A DNA stretch of 64,000 nt from Octopus bimaculoides (lineage: Eukaryota), in NCBI RefSeq assembly GCF_001194135.2, contig NC_068981.1, positions 19,920,350-19,984,349 of the forward strand, read 5' to 3'. Under the pieces are notes generated by a model that ran no database searches, had not been told where the DNA came from, and worked only from the letters and a program-made list of their open reading frames with translations. The translations under genes and the position numbers were made by a program. The stretch's first letter is position 1, and every line of letters starts with the position of its first letter. Below are positions 10,081 through 22,606 of the stretch, piece by piece.

Positions 10081-12447
10081 TTGAAATTTCTGTTCTTTAA
10101 AAGGTGCCTTACATTTCACACCATCTGTCTGTAACAAGTGGGTTCCTGTTTGCTGCATGCTTATTGATACAAAAACTTTTGTTTACTTATGTTGAGATTT
10201 TAGAAAATGTCATGGTTAGTTGATCTTCAGTGCATAAATGATAACATGCAGTGCAATAACATACTGTAGTAATGTACTATATGCTATTGCACTGTAGAAT
10301 ATACAACCACTCTATTCATTACTGTATACTACTGTTCTGTACTGTACAGCACCATGCAGTATATAACTACTCAGTGCAGTTCAATGCAATAATTAACACC
10401 ATTTATTTCTATCTTCACTGTATTTTAACTGCTGAGCATACGTTGGGTATTGAAATATGAAGAGTAAATAGGTTAACACCAAAAGAGTAACTGTCTATAA
10501 AACATTAACTCAAAAATCCCAGCCAATCTATGCCTGCATGGAAAAGTGGATGTAAAAACAATGAAGATGATGAATACTATGTAAATTTTTCATATATTTT
10601 TTAAGAAGATAATGAACATTAAGTTTATATTTTCAAGTGTATAGATATGTTTAGCTGTGTGTATGTATATATTATATATACTAGTGTAACTGTGCCTTTA
10701 AGAAAAGGGTATTTTTAAAAGAAATAAACTAAAAATGGTATTTAATAAATTCATTGACATTACATATAAGTGATATATGTAGTACAGGCTTGTAAAGCAA
10801 GAATAATTGTATCTTTATTAAAGATACTTCAGCAGGTTAGATTCAGAGGTAATTAGATTTGAGGAACATTTTTTTATAAATTAATAATTTTTTAGGTTAA
10901 AACAATAAAAACAATTAATTGTTGATGATTTTTTTCAACTGTCATTTTAGCAAGTCACTGGTGAACCTGTACCGTCAAAAATGACAGCAATTCACACATA
11001 TTTAAGCCATTCATATTCCTGACTTATGCTAAGGAATGTGGAAAAAGTCTGCAACATCTACTTACTGCTCTCAGTTACTTTAGTTCATATGTAATGGAAA
11101 TTTTCATCCCTAAAAGAAGTTGAAATTAATGAAAAGTACAAGTTCAACTTTAATTATCCCATGAATGATGGTGAGGTGATCATTAAGATAGATAAGTCCA
11201 TGAAAGAGGTATACACTAATAATAATACCAAGGTGGTTTATATAAATTTGGTATTATAAAAGAAACAACAGGTTGTAATTTTATAGAACAATCGTCTAGG
11301 CCATTTCAAAACAAAAAAAATATTACTTAAACTGCGTATAATGTAGCAACATTAAATGAATTAATAATTTATGAAAAGATTTATCTGGTTTGGATTGTTG
11401 TGTAAAATAATAGTGGAGTTACAGATTTTCAGCTGAATTGTGTGATTTTGTCATTGTATGTTCTTTATTCTTTATTCTTTATGTTCTTCGATAATATATA
11501 AATCTTACTCAAAGTAGCTCACAATTTGTAGTATAATTAAGGGTTGCTAGTGTAATTAAGAGATATCATCATAATGAAAGTTTAATAGTGTAAATAGTAT
11601 TGGTGCAATCAAGGGGTGTTTATGTAATAGTCATCAAGTTAACAATATCTTTTTTTTTTTTTTTAAATATCTGTAACTATTTGATATTCTAACTGGCTGC
11701 TTCTTTTTGTAATTTCCAAACACTTTTCACAATTCTTCAATGACTTACGGCTTCCCTGCCAGTGTATAATATTTCCAGCTTTTACTATCATACAATTCAG
11801 ATGATTTTTTTTTTAATAAATTTCCCTCCTGTAGTGAATAAATACATAACCTTTTGTAAAGGTTAATGGGAATAACAACTTTTAAGGCAAACCTTGATGT
11901 GTTGGGTTACTGTTAATAAAATAGTCTTTCACTATTTCACATCATCATCATGAATATTTATTGACATTTGCCAGTTTAGCTGAAATCTTCCAATTCTGCT
12001 TTATTGAAAATAATGTTTCTTAATTAAGCCACCAGTACCATTAATTTAACATCTGTAGTCAAATATAATAATTTTGATTTTGAAGGAATTTTTACAAACT
12101 GAAAAGTTTTCACTCTTTTATAATTTATCAATATATACAAACGTTCAAATCTCAATAATATTTCTAGCAAATATAAATCTTTATATGTATATGTTTTCAA
12201 GTTATTTCAAATGAATGCTTATATAGTATTATTTTTTTATTTTATTTTAAAATTTTGCCTTGATCAATATCTTTAAATTGTCAGATACTAACTATAAATG
12301 CTAAAATAACATTGCCGCTTAAAATACTTGCTATGACTTTTAATTTCATGTTAGCTACCTTTCATTCAGAGGTAACTTTTCAGGAAAGAAACATAGTTAT
12401 TGTAGTTTATATTACTCATTTATAAATTTGAGGAGCTTTACATATAC

Positions 12448-13080
12448 TGGGACTCTCAATTGCTGATGACACTTCATGGCTACTTAACATATATGACATT
12501 GCAAATCTCTTCAGAATCAGAAAATACTTCTACTTCCAGCAGCTATCAGCCCTTTACAAGGCACTCACATCAAAGTACTGCCTACATATCAAGGATAGAG
12601 TTGTTGCTAGACTCATACAACCATCTTAAACTCACATTAAAGTACTACTCACACATCTGGGATAGTGCTACTGTTATATATATATATATACAAACCTTCT
12701 AGTACCACATTTGAATACTAGCCACATATCTGAAACATTACTACTGTTACACACATACATTGGAGTACACACACATATTTTAGATACCCACCAATCTCAG
12801 TGACTAATTGATAACTATTCACCAACCAACACCCACAGTTATCCCTAGCCCACAGATGTGCTGTATCTTCCCTATTTCTTATAGAATAATTACAATGACT
12901 CCTACACTTCTAAATTTAAAAGCTGTGCATGACCACCACCACTCAGTGCATCCTACTTGTTATACTCCAAAATCTGAACTAAGCATGCATTCAATTCTTC
13001 TTTAGAACTGCAGCTCTCATGAACTTCCAACCTACTCTCATCAAAACAACAAAACTTCAATTTTGCCCATTAACTGTACC
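12448..13080 (+). mobile_element. CR1-clade LINE remnant (RT C-terminus)
   Basis: GLSIADDTSWLLNI, LFRIRKYFYFQQLSALYKA, KYYSHIWDSA (cf. EYCSHIW), QFFFRTAALMN (cf. SFFxRTxxLWN). Confidence 0.7.
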
Positions 13081-14324
13081 AAACTTTAAAAAATATTCTA
13101 AAAAAATGAATATTTTCTACCTTTTCACTGATTCAAGACGAAGCTTTTTGATCTTCTCTTTTACTAACTAGAGAATCTAAATAAAACTATCCACTTATAT
13201 ATAAATGTTTATTTCAATAATATTCCTCTCAAAAATGGAAATATCATTTCAATAGTTATAATAAAAAAAGAAAAACAGCTTTATTAACAGTATGTAAAAA
13301 ATAAAAAGTTGCCCTTATATATCTCATTAAAATACTGAGAGGCGTTTAAAATGTGTAACATTGGAGATGATGTTGATTTAATCTTCTGTTGTGTATGAAT
13401 ATGTATGAATGAACGTAAGTGAACGTGTGTAAATATGTGAGTGATTGTATGTGTATATGTGCAATATCTCCATGTGTATGTATGCATTTGTGATTATATG
13501 TATGTATATGTATGAGGAGGCATATGTTTATACACCATAGGCTTGTGTATGTGTATGCATGTATTTATGTTTTTATATGTGTGGGTGTATACCTATATAT
13601 GTGGGTGGGTGTTTATTTAAAAAATCATTCTTATCTATTAAATGATTATATTTAGTATATTTGTGAGATTACAGATTTATCCAGTTTTATATATATTGCA
13701 TCCATTTATATTTAAATGAACGCAATCCTTTAATTCTATCATATTTATTGCTCTATTCAGTGTGCCATCCATTTTACTGAAGTCAAATTCACTGAAACTA
13801 CTTTCAATATTTCCTGTTCTTACTGTAAAACATCATCGTCCTATATAAAGTTCTCCCTATTGACAACTATAATTTACTGATCTTACCACCAATTCACCTT
13901 TCAGAAATCCCGCCTTTCTCTTCATTTTGTACTTTCTGACAGTAAGAGGAAAACCTCTGACTCTCAATTGACAGAAAGGCACTTGCTGCCAACAATCGTT
14001 ACCATCTGCTTACTTAGTGCTTTACTACTAAACAGCTGCCTGGTATTCTGTAGAATCTTTAACAAAAATTCTTCCATTGAAAGCTGTACTTGCCAGACAT
14101 TTTAAATGTTTGTAGAATTGGCTTTGAAATGAATACAAGTGTCTTTAGAATATTGTTCTTAGATTCTTCTTTGTTTCATAACATCTCTCTACTTAGACGT
14201 TATTTTACTATCATTGTTTATATTCACATGTATTATAGAAACTATTACGCTACTTTAACTAGCTTAGCTTCTAAATTGTTGCTGCTTCTGCTTCTCTAAA
14301 GAGGATTACACGGGTTTATTTTAA

Positions 14325-14329
<5 letters not shown>

Positions 14330-14407
<78 letters not shown>
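14330..14407. repeat. (CT)n microsatellite
   Basis: Direct reading. Confidence 0.97.
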
Positions 14408-14409
<2 letters not shown>

Positions 14410-15254
14410 TCACATATCTACCTGTCCCTCTCTCTCTATGTTAGATTATTTTTCCTTGTACCTTTTATTCAAATATCTCTTCAATATTGCTATAATTAGC
14501 TGCACTGTTAGATTTTCTTTCCCTTTGCAAATAAATTAGTTGAACAAATTTATAATAATCATACTTATTACTCATGTTCAGAATTTCAGTTTACTATATG
14601 GTAACAATGATTGAGAAGAGGTGGTGGTTGGGGGTAACATCAATGATGATGGAGATGATGATTATTTTTTTCCTATTTGCTGTTGCCATATTCCACCCCC
14701 ACCCCAACATCTTCAGTTAATTCACATATTTCTATAAAAAAAAGCCCACTATTTATGTCATTTCCCTATGAATAAATATACACGCATGCATTCAAACATG
14801 CATCTTTATATGATGTACATACATATGTTTGTATGTAAAATTTGTGAGGTAGTTTTCTCTTTCTCTCAGCATACACACACACATACACACATAAATATAT
14901 TTGTAATTATATAGTCTATATGTATTAGACGTATGTTTAATAGATAACAGATAGATAGATAACCCCATAACTAATATCAAAATATATGTATTCACTTTTA
15001 TCTGCTTATAAGTGAGAAGCTGTACAATTACTTCTTGCTACCTAAAGCTAGATCTTGCACCTCTGTAGATAACATTAAATGCATTATTATTGATAGATAC
15101 ACAACTTTTGATGAAATGGTTTTGCCTGTTGTTATTTCAATAGTTTATTGATAGCCACATTTTACAAGATAGCTGTGAAGTTGCTGAACACTTACTTAGT
15201 ACATTTCATACACAGCTGCTGTTAGAGGCATGGAGGTATAATTAATTGTCATTA

Positions 15255-15635
15255 TGAGGACAGAGATGCATGGAGGAAATGTGGACTCCACAAGCTGCAG
15301 GGTAACCAACCTTTCTAGGAAAGCAGTAACTCCAAATAGAAACTAATTTATTGTAGAGGACCTTGTAGTCTTCTCTCATGCCAATGATATGGTAAAATGC
15401 ACCTGGAGCCCATGCTGTAAAGTGTTTGGTGCTAGGAAGGGCATCCAGATGTAAAATGTATGTAAAAAAAAAATGCCATACAAAACAAACTGATGTAATC
15501 AGTTTTCTCTCGATTGGTTTGTTCATATCTGATGACAAAGGATGGGTACTGAGATGTTGGGTGATGTTTTCCAACACATGCAAGTACAGAAGAAAAAAAA
15601 CAGACTCAAAATGATAACGAAGATGATGATGATGT
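15255..15635 (+). mobile_element. Decayed RTE 3' end with family A-type UTR
   Basis: EDRDAWRK, then GGTGCTAGGAAGGGCATCCAGATGTAAAA and a (GAT)n tail. Confidence 0.55.
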
Positions 15636-16041
15636 ACTGATATATCACAGCCATTAATTTCATGATTTCTGGAAAATAAAATTAATTTCAGACAGATTTG
15701 AACAAGTGGTTTAACATTTGTACCAAAATTATCGACTTCTTAGATGGGAATAGGGCTACATATTCATGAAAAGAGGAGAGAGAAGGGAGGAATTGTTAAT
15801 TGAATTGACTCCATTATATGACTGCTATTTTATTACTCATGAAAGAATGAAAGGTAAAGTCACTAAGTTAACCCTAACACGGTTTTCACTTAAAATGTAA
15901 CAAGCTCTAGATAAATACTGTAAAACTAACCCCATTGTCTAACTCCATTGCAGTAGCAGCACCAGTAGTAGTAGTTGTAGTAGCAGCAGCAACATAACTT
16001 AAATACATTATTGGGCTCGTCTTTCTGAAATCAGCTGGTAG

Positions 16042-16903
16042 GGCCACATTAAATGCATCGGCTGTAATTTCATCATGAGCCAATCATTGGTAAATTCATC
16101 ATCGTACAAAATATATCATAGATAAATTCATCATCATGCTTTTTATCTGCAGAGTAAATATTTCTTTGAACATTATTTAAAGTTTTTATTCGTTGAGGAA
16201 ATATACTGCATCTCATTAACAAAGAAAAAGACATTCAAAGACAAAAAATTACATCTTACAATCTAGAAATTTTTAGAAATCTTGAAACAGGAACAATGAA
16301 GAAACGAAGTAATAATCATACAGTATAATGCCAATGCATAAATTCTACATTGCAAAAAGAAATATAACGGTAGTGCAGCATGAATTCAATGCATCATCAA
16401 TGAATATCAAAATTGCAAAATACTGGATTATTTAAAAGGCATTGCTCATAATTTGTCTTTTTAGCATGTTTCTTTTTCTAACTTAAAATAGCGTTATCTT
16501 TTTACTGCATTTCTTTGTGATTCTTTCCTTTTTATAAAAGTGACTGTGGTTTGCTTTTTATATATATATTCAGTAAATTTGATATTTATAATCTTTGAAT
16601 TTCTTTTTCATTGCTAATGAAATGCGATGTATTTGCTCTGCAAGTAAAAATTACATATAATGTTTAGTGAATTACTCTGTGGATAAAAAGCATGGCGATT
16701 AATTTACCGAGGAAATATTTGGCAGTACAATGAATTTACCGACAAGGTATTTGGTATGATGATGAATTTACCGACAGCATTGGTTGTGATGAAATTACCA
16801 AGTGATAAAATTACAGAAGATTATTTACCATAATGTAATTACTTGACATTATTTACCATGATGTAATTACTCAAGATTATTTACCGTCATGTAATTACTG
16901 GCC
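16042..16903. mobile_element. Foldback/MITE-like non-autonomous element with long, imperfect, repeat-built inverted arms
   Basis: GGTAAATTCATCATC (16089-16103) is the exact reverse complement of 16758-16772; 16135-16158 vs reverse complement of 16671-16694 match 21/24; both ends GGCC; three 28-bp tandem units at 16820-16903. Confidence 0.7.
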
Positions 16904-18334
16904 AGCTCCTTACCTCTACCCCTGCTTTCTTTACAGATATAAACTATAGAACTTTTATTTAGACATCAATCATATCAACTACACCTGTGTGAGAAATTCT
17001 GCAATTTGTAAAAAGATTGTAGTTTAGTGGAATGCCAGAACACATTGATGTGAAGGGAATTCTTGAGAGGGTGAAGTCTGGGATACAAAATACTGTTCAA
17101 TGTTTGGTTTTAAAAAATAAATCTTTACAGGAAATTATTTAGCAACTCTAATAGTATTAATACATTTAATGTAGTGAATATCAGCAAACTAATTAATAAT
17201 AATTATTTGGTGATGCAAAGACAACGTGAACTCAGTGACAAATAACTTGGTGCTTTGGCAGAATCTATGTGACTGCATGCATGAGGGTCAGTTCTCTCCA
17301 CCCATCTTTTCACCAATCCTTGTAAAGTGTCACAAGAATAAGATTATCTTTGGTATTTGCTGCAGAGTTGGTGGAAATAAAATGCAGGTGATAATCAACA
17401 GGTTAGTTTGAATAGAAATTGAGTGTAATTAAAAGGAAAGCTTTAAAGCCCTGAGGCTATTAGAGTTACAGTAAATGCAAGAGAAAGTACAAAATAGCAA
17501 TAGGTCAAAGATTTAAAGTTTTCTGTCTAAAATGCTTTATCAATCATGTTTGGTTTCTAATATGATCTAACATCACAATAATTGGTGGAGATATGCCACT
17601 GTCACCTGGAATATGAAAACCGTGTAACAAAGGGTCAATAGTCACACTGAATAGAAAATGAAGTCTATTTTATGTGTTTTTAATAATGTGGCAAGACTTC
17701 AAGAAAAATCACAGGAAATGATGAATTCTTGTATGTATAAATAGAAAGATTCTTCAAAGTGAAAGATATTGATGATAAATGAGTTTCATATATTTCCTAG
17801 TTAAAATTGATTCCTAACATTTTCTATAAGTGTCCAAAGTGGGGAAAGGGTACAGCTGATTAAAGCAAGCCCAGGATTTGACTGGCACTTCATTTATCAA
17901 CCTCAGAAGGGGCACTGCATTGATGACCTCTGTATGATTTAAGCAAAGGATGTAAGGGTATGAAATTGAAAAGGGCAAAGCAGTTGGTCTGACACTCTAT
18001 AGTTATCAACATTCCACTCTCCCTCATGTAATGGTTTAATATTGTTTAACATTTCAAGAGTATTGTGTTGGCAAATATGATAAAATAAGACCACATTGAT
18101 GGCAGAAGAGGATGTCTGCCATCAGTGAGGACCTTTAACCATATTTGCAAATACAATACCATTATAATGTTTAATGATGTAAATCTATTGATTACACAAT
18201 ATATTAGAATTTTTCTGTTTGGCATTTCACTTTTTGTCATTCTAACCTAATTCTATTCCATTCATTTCCCATAAATATTGCAACTGTTGCTATGATACCT
18301 TTACAAAACACTATTTCTCCTGATCCAACAAAGG

Positions 18335-18930
18335 GGCCTCTACATGGCTACTCAGCCTGCTAGAAATAGCAACCAGATCTCCTTCAGATCATACCCACTT
18401 TTGCTTGTTTCAGTCATTTGACTATGGCCATGCTGGAGCACCGCCTTTAGTTGAGCAAATCGACCCCAGGACTTCTTCTTTGTAAGCCTTGTACTTATTC
18501 TATCGATCTCTTTGCTAAACCGCTAGGTTACAGGGACGTAAACACACCAGCATCGGTTGTCAAGTGATGTTGAGGGGACAAACATAGGCACACAAACATT
18601 TACACACATGCACACACACATATATATATACACATATATGCGACGGGCTTCTTTCAGTTTCTGTCTACCAAATCCACTCACAAGGCTTTGGTCGGCCCGA
18701 GGCTATAGTAGAAGACACTTGCCCAAGGTGCCACACAGTGGGACTGAACCCATGTGGTTCATAAGCAAGCTACTTACAACACAGCCACTCCTACCTACTT
18801 AATTTTTTTTTTTAAACAAGGACAACTTATATAACATAGTCTTAGATGTGCTGTCTGAATAAAATAGGGGATGGCTGAAGTGCTTTTGATCATAAATCTA
18901 CTCAATCATTTCTGAGTTAGAGCAAAATGG
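18335..18930 (+). mobile_element. Unclassified interspersed repeat (family D), split by a family B SINE
   Basis: CAGCCTGCTAGAAATAGCAACCAGATCTCC resumes after the SINE as AAACAAGGACAAC...ATAGTCTTAGAT...GCTTTTGATCATA; homologous to 58285-58430 (+) and 39485-39680 (-). Confidence 0.6.
18396..18795 (-). mobile_element. Full-length tRNA-derived CORE-like SINE (family B, resembles octopus OR-type SINEs)
   Basis: Reverse complement: GGAGTGGCTGTGTTGTAAG (A box), GGTTCAGTCCC (B box), ACCTTGGGCAAGTGTCTTCTAC, internal (TA)/(TG) tract, 3' end CCAGCATGGCCATAGTCAAATGACTGAAACAAG. Confidence 0.9.
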
Positions 18931-19729
18931 CAATTATATCATCACTTATTTTTATGTCCAATGCAAGATTCAATTTTAATCTGCCTATCTATCTGTATTT
19001 TGAGTATCCAGAGACACAACATATATAAAAAACACATCTACAGGTTTGGAGCTGATGACATGAAATTTCTTTCTTTATTTGTAATATCTTGAAACATTAT
19101 TTCGTAAGGTTTAATATAGAAAATATTTCTGTCTTCACTAACAGGAAAGAATGTGAATTTTCAACTGAACCAATGCACAACAGTGACTCTCTAATAAGTT
19201 ACTAGCTGTAGGTCTTTACATCTATAAACTTGAAATATATTCATGCCAGCCTTTTGTCCTATATTTGATATAAATAACAGCCATTTATGAAAACAACCAG
19301 TCAAATTTAAGAAAAAAAAAGAAAAGAAAATCAGCCGCTGGCCACATCTATTTCTGATGAAATGAATTCTTATAACATGACTTACAGACTACTGTTTTAC
19401 AATGTATAATATAATATTAGTTTTCTATTTGCGTCCCCCACCAGAAGGGCCTTAAAAGTGATTTACAGAGGAACAGATAATGATATTTATCATTCTATTT
19501 TCTAAGACACTGATTTTACTGATAATTTCTGTATCGTCATATAATGGGGGGGAAAAAATTATCTTTGTTATGTTATAATTCAATACAAACTTCCTAGTTA
19601 GCGACTTGTCCTAATTTAATCATCTGTCTTTTTATAGCAACAAGTTAATGAATTAATTTAATTTTTCTTCTATTTTTGTATGTGTCATTTTCATGTGAGT
19701 CATACATTTAATGATAATGATTTCTAGCT

Positions 19730-20020
19730 TTGGCATTAAGCTTCAGATTTTGTAGAGGTATGGGTGTAGTCACTTGAATCAAGTTCAGTGCATGACTGGT
19801 TCATGCTTGAGCAAAAGATAAGAACAGGCAAAATTAACACAACATCAACACGATTTGATCTTATAATGTAAAGATGGGCATTTTGTCCAGCACTCTTAAT
19901 TTCTACCTTTATAAACAATAGTAATAATACCAACAGCCCTAGCACTTAAGTAACACTTTATTTTATCAATCCCAAAAGGTTGACCTAGGTGGGATTTAAA
20001 TTCAGAGTGTAAAGAGCTAG
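19730..20020 (-). mobile_element. Two decayed family C SINE fragments
   Basis: Degenerate matches to 20262-20500. Confidence 0.5.
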
Positions 20021-20024
20021 AACA

Positions 20025-20258
20025 TCATCATCATCATCATCATCGTCGTCATTTAATGTCCGCTTTCCATGCTAGCATGGGTTGGACGATTTGACTGAGG
20101 ACTGGTGAAACCAGATGGCTACACCAGGCTCCAATCTGATATGGCAGAGTTTCTGCAGCTGGATGCCCTTCCTAATGCCAACCTCTCTGAGAGTGTAGTG
20201 GGTGCTTTTACGTGCCACCGGCACGAAGGCCAGACAGGCGGTACTGGCAACAGCCATG
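20025..20258 (-). mobile_element. RTE-LINE 3' UTR copy (family A)
   Basis: (CAT)n then TTTAATGTCCGCTTTCCATGCTAGCATGGGTTGG...GGATGCCCTTCCTAATGCCAACC. Confidence 0.9.
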
Positions 20259-20261
20259 ACA

Positions 20262-20500
20262 TATAATAATAATAAGAAGAACCCTTCCTAATATAGGCAC
20301 AAGGCCTAAAATTGTGGGGGAAAGGAGCTTGTCAATTACATCAACCCCAGTGTTCAACTGGTTATTTTGTCAACCTTGAAATGATGAAAGGCAAAATTGG
20401 CCTCAGCGGAATTTGAATTCAGAATGTAAAAATGGATAAAATGCCACTGAGCATTTTGTCCATCATAGTAACAATTCTGCCAATTTGTCACCTGAATAAT
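20262..20500 (-). mobile_element. tRNA-headed SINE family C
   Basis: Reverse complement: GGCAGAATTGTTAC...TTCTGAATTCAAATTCCGC (B box)...TTTGCCTTTCATC, with an (ATT)-type tail. Confidence 0.75.
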
Positions 20501-20814
20501 TATAATTCTTTCTAATTTTGGTATACTTCATTTTGACTTTCTTATAGTGTTTTCTTGACAGAGATATGTGGGTGGTTTACCATTGCCTTCCTCAACTGTA
20601 TGGCTGTTGGTCCACAAGGAGCTCAACAGAACTTCTTTTTTTAGTCCTGCTGGGTGTCCAGACACCCTCCTCACGAGTAGTAAGCTACTTAAATGGGTGA
20701 GCCAGTTTAGTTACCAACCACTCAACCATGGAACAGGTAGTACTGGTACTACCTATTTACATGGTACCAGAAGCAGGTCTCGTCAGCCTGTTATGAGATC
20801 CCTGACCTGACCTG

Positions 20815-21290
20815 CATTTGAAATGTGGGTGTATAGGCAAATGTTGCAAGTCCCTGACAAGGATCATCAGACAATTGAGTGGGTGTTACATCTTATTTCT
20901 TTATTGCCCACAAGGGGTTAAACATAGAGAGAACAAACAAGGACAGACAAACGGATTATTTCGACCCCAGTGCATAACTGGTACTTATTTAATCGACCCC
21001 GAAAGGATGAAAGGCAAAATCGACCATGGCAGAATTTGAACTCAGAACATAACAGCAGACAAAATACCGCTAAGCCTCATAGAGGCCAGCTCACCGCCTT
21101 CAGCCAGCTCATCTATTATAACCATATTCATTAAGCAGACATTTGGAAAACATTATCATGGAAGAGTAGAAGGTAGTTGTTCAAGAGGCAGACAAAGAAT
21201 GCAATGTATGGACAATATCAAAAGCTGGTTAGACAAGAGTAGCAAGGCATTCTTATCAGGAAGACTTTCATTGTAGTGTCATCAATGCAT
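20815..21290 (+). mobile_element. RTE LINE C-terminal remnant interrupted by a family C SINE
   Basis: AFEMWVYRQMLQVPDKDHQTIEWVL before the SINE; GRVEGSCSRGRQRMQCMDNIKSW after it. Confidence 0.7.
20888..21110 (-). mobile_element. Family C SINE with an alternative 3' tail
   Basis: Reverse complement TTCTGAGTTCAAATTCTGCCATGGTCGATTTTGCCTTTCATCCTTTCGGGGTCGATTAAATAAGTACCAG; tail ...CCCTTGTGGGCAATAAAGAAATAAG differs from other copies. Confidence 0.85.
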
Positions 21291-21302
21291 GGCAGGCATA
21301 AT

Positions 21303-21790
21303 AATTTTGGTATAAGGCCTACAATTTTGAGGTGGAAAAGTAGAATGATTGCATTGACCTCAGTACTTGCCTAGTACTTTATTTTATTAACCCTGAGATG
21401 AAAAAAAGGCAAAGTTGACTGCAGTAGAATATGAACTCAGAACAAATACCACAAGGTATACTGTCTGATGCTCTAATGATTCTATCTAAAGCCACGCATT
21501 TTGAGAAAGAATTGTAGCCAATTATATCAATTCCATTGTGTGACTGTACATATTTAATCAATCCTGGAATGATGAGAAAACAAGGTGAAACCCAGCACAT
21601 GAGACAAAATTAAATTATTCATGTCATTCTGTCTGCCATTCCACCAATTCTTTCAAAGATTTCAACCAACGATTATAATGATAAGAATTTAAAGTCAAGC
21701 AGTCTAAATGGAAAAGTAGAGTGAATGTAGTCAACACTGTGTATCTTACTGGTAGTTTTTTTTTATTTATCAATCAGTTCCAGTTTGATG
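21303..21790 (-). mobile_element. Two further decayed family C SINE copies (21303-21490 and about 21650-21790)
   Basis: Degenerate ACTGGTA..TTTTAT..AAAGGCAAAGTTGAC..GAACTCAGAAC. Confidence 0.55.
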
Positions 21791-22206
21791 GAAAACAAAA
21801 TGGAAACAGCAGAATCAAAGAAAGCTAGTGATGATCTGTCTGTATCAGCAAGAAGTAAATAAAAGAGGTTCACAAAGTAGAATAAATTATTTTTCCATGA
21901 GGAAGAAGTGAAGTCCAACATTTCAACCAGGATCTGAGAGGGATGATATGTTTACAAAGATATTAGGACTCCTCAATGAAACACAGTTGTTTCCCATAAA
22001 GAACATAACAAAATGTTGTTAGTCATTTTGCCCTGCATTTTACTGATTCTGTCATCTATAGCATCTACATTATGCAATTATTCGGTTCTAATATTACTCA
22101 TATAAATTGTAATTCTATGAAACTTGTTTGGTTAGACAAGTTCTTATGCCAAAAGTACAGCCCAAAAATGTTAGATTTCCCTCTCCCAGTCACATGAGAT
22201 ACAGAC

Positions 22207-22606
22207 TTACTCTTTTACTTGTTTCAGTCTTTTTGACTGTGGCCATGCTGGAGCACCACCTTTAGTCAAGTAAATCGACCCCAGGACTTATTCTTTGTAA
22301 GCCTAGTACTTATTCTATCGGTCTCTTTTGCCGAACCGCTAAGTTACTGGGACGTAAACACACCAGCATCGATTGTCAAGCGATGTTGGAGGGGACAAAC
22401 GCAGACACACAAACACATACATATATATATACATACATATATATGATGGGCTTCTTTCAGTTTCCGTCTACCAAATCCACTCACAAGGCTTTGGTCGGCC
22501 TGAGGCTCTAGTAGAAGACACTTGCCCAAGATGCCACGCAGTAGGACTTAACCTGGAACCATGTGTTTGGTAAGCAAGCTACTTACCACACAGCCACTCC
22601 TACGCC
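22207..22606 (-). mobile_element. Full-length family B CORE-like SINE (little diverged)
   Basis: Collinear with 18396-18795; A box, B box, CORE-like box and 3' ...GAAACAAGTAAAAGAGTAA. Confidence 0.92.

Noticed and set aside
8920-10440. CAGTA/TACTG-rich patches at 8920-9100 and 10250-10440 as possible inverted ends
   Set aside because: Decayed pentamer microsatellites with no specific alignment
13943-14104. Signal-peptide-like frame HLLPTIVTICLLSALLLNSCLVFC after an acceptor-like site
   Set aside because: No start codon or donor, early stop, no recognisable homology
16820-16903. Three 28-bp direct repeats as a possible CRISPR array
   Set aside because: Head-to-tail with no spacers, eukaryotic context, no cas genes
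18097-18124. Perfect 10-bp stem hairpin TGATGGCAGA/TCTGCCATCA
   Set aside because: Isolated; no Helitron CTRR end or miRNA-length stem
21775-21865. Possible exon MENKMETAESKKASDDLSVSARSK
   Set aside because: Overlaps a decayed family C SINE; weak donor
18396-22606. A-box/B-box sequences as tRNA genes
   Set aside because: They are SINE heads continuing into SINE bodies; no cloverleaf or acceptor stem
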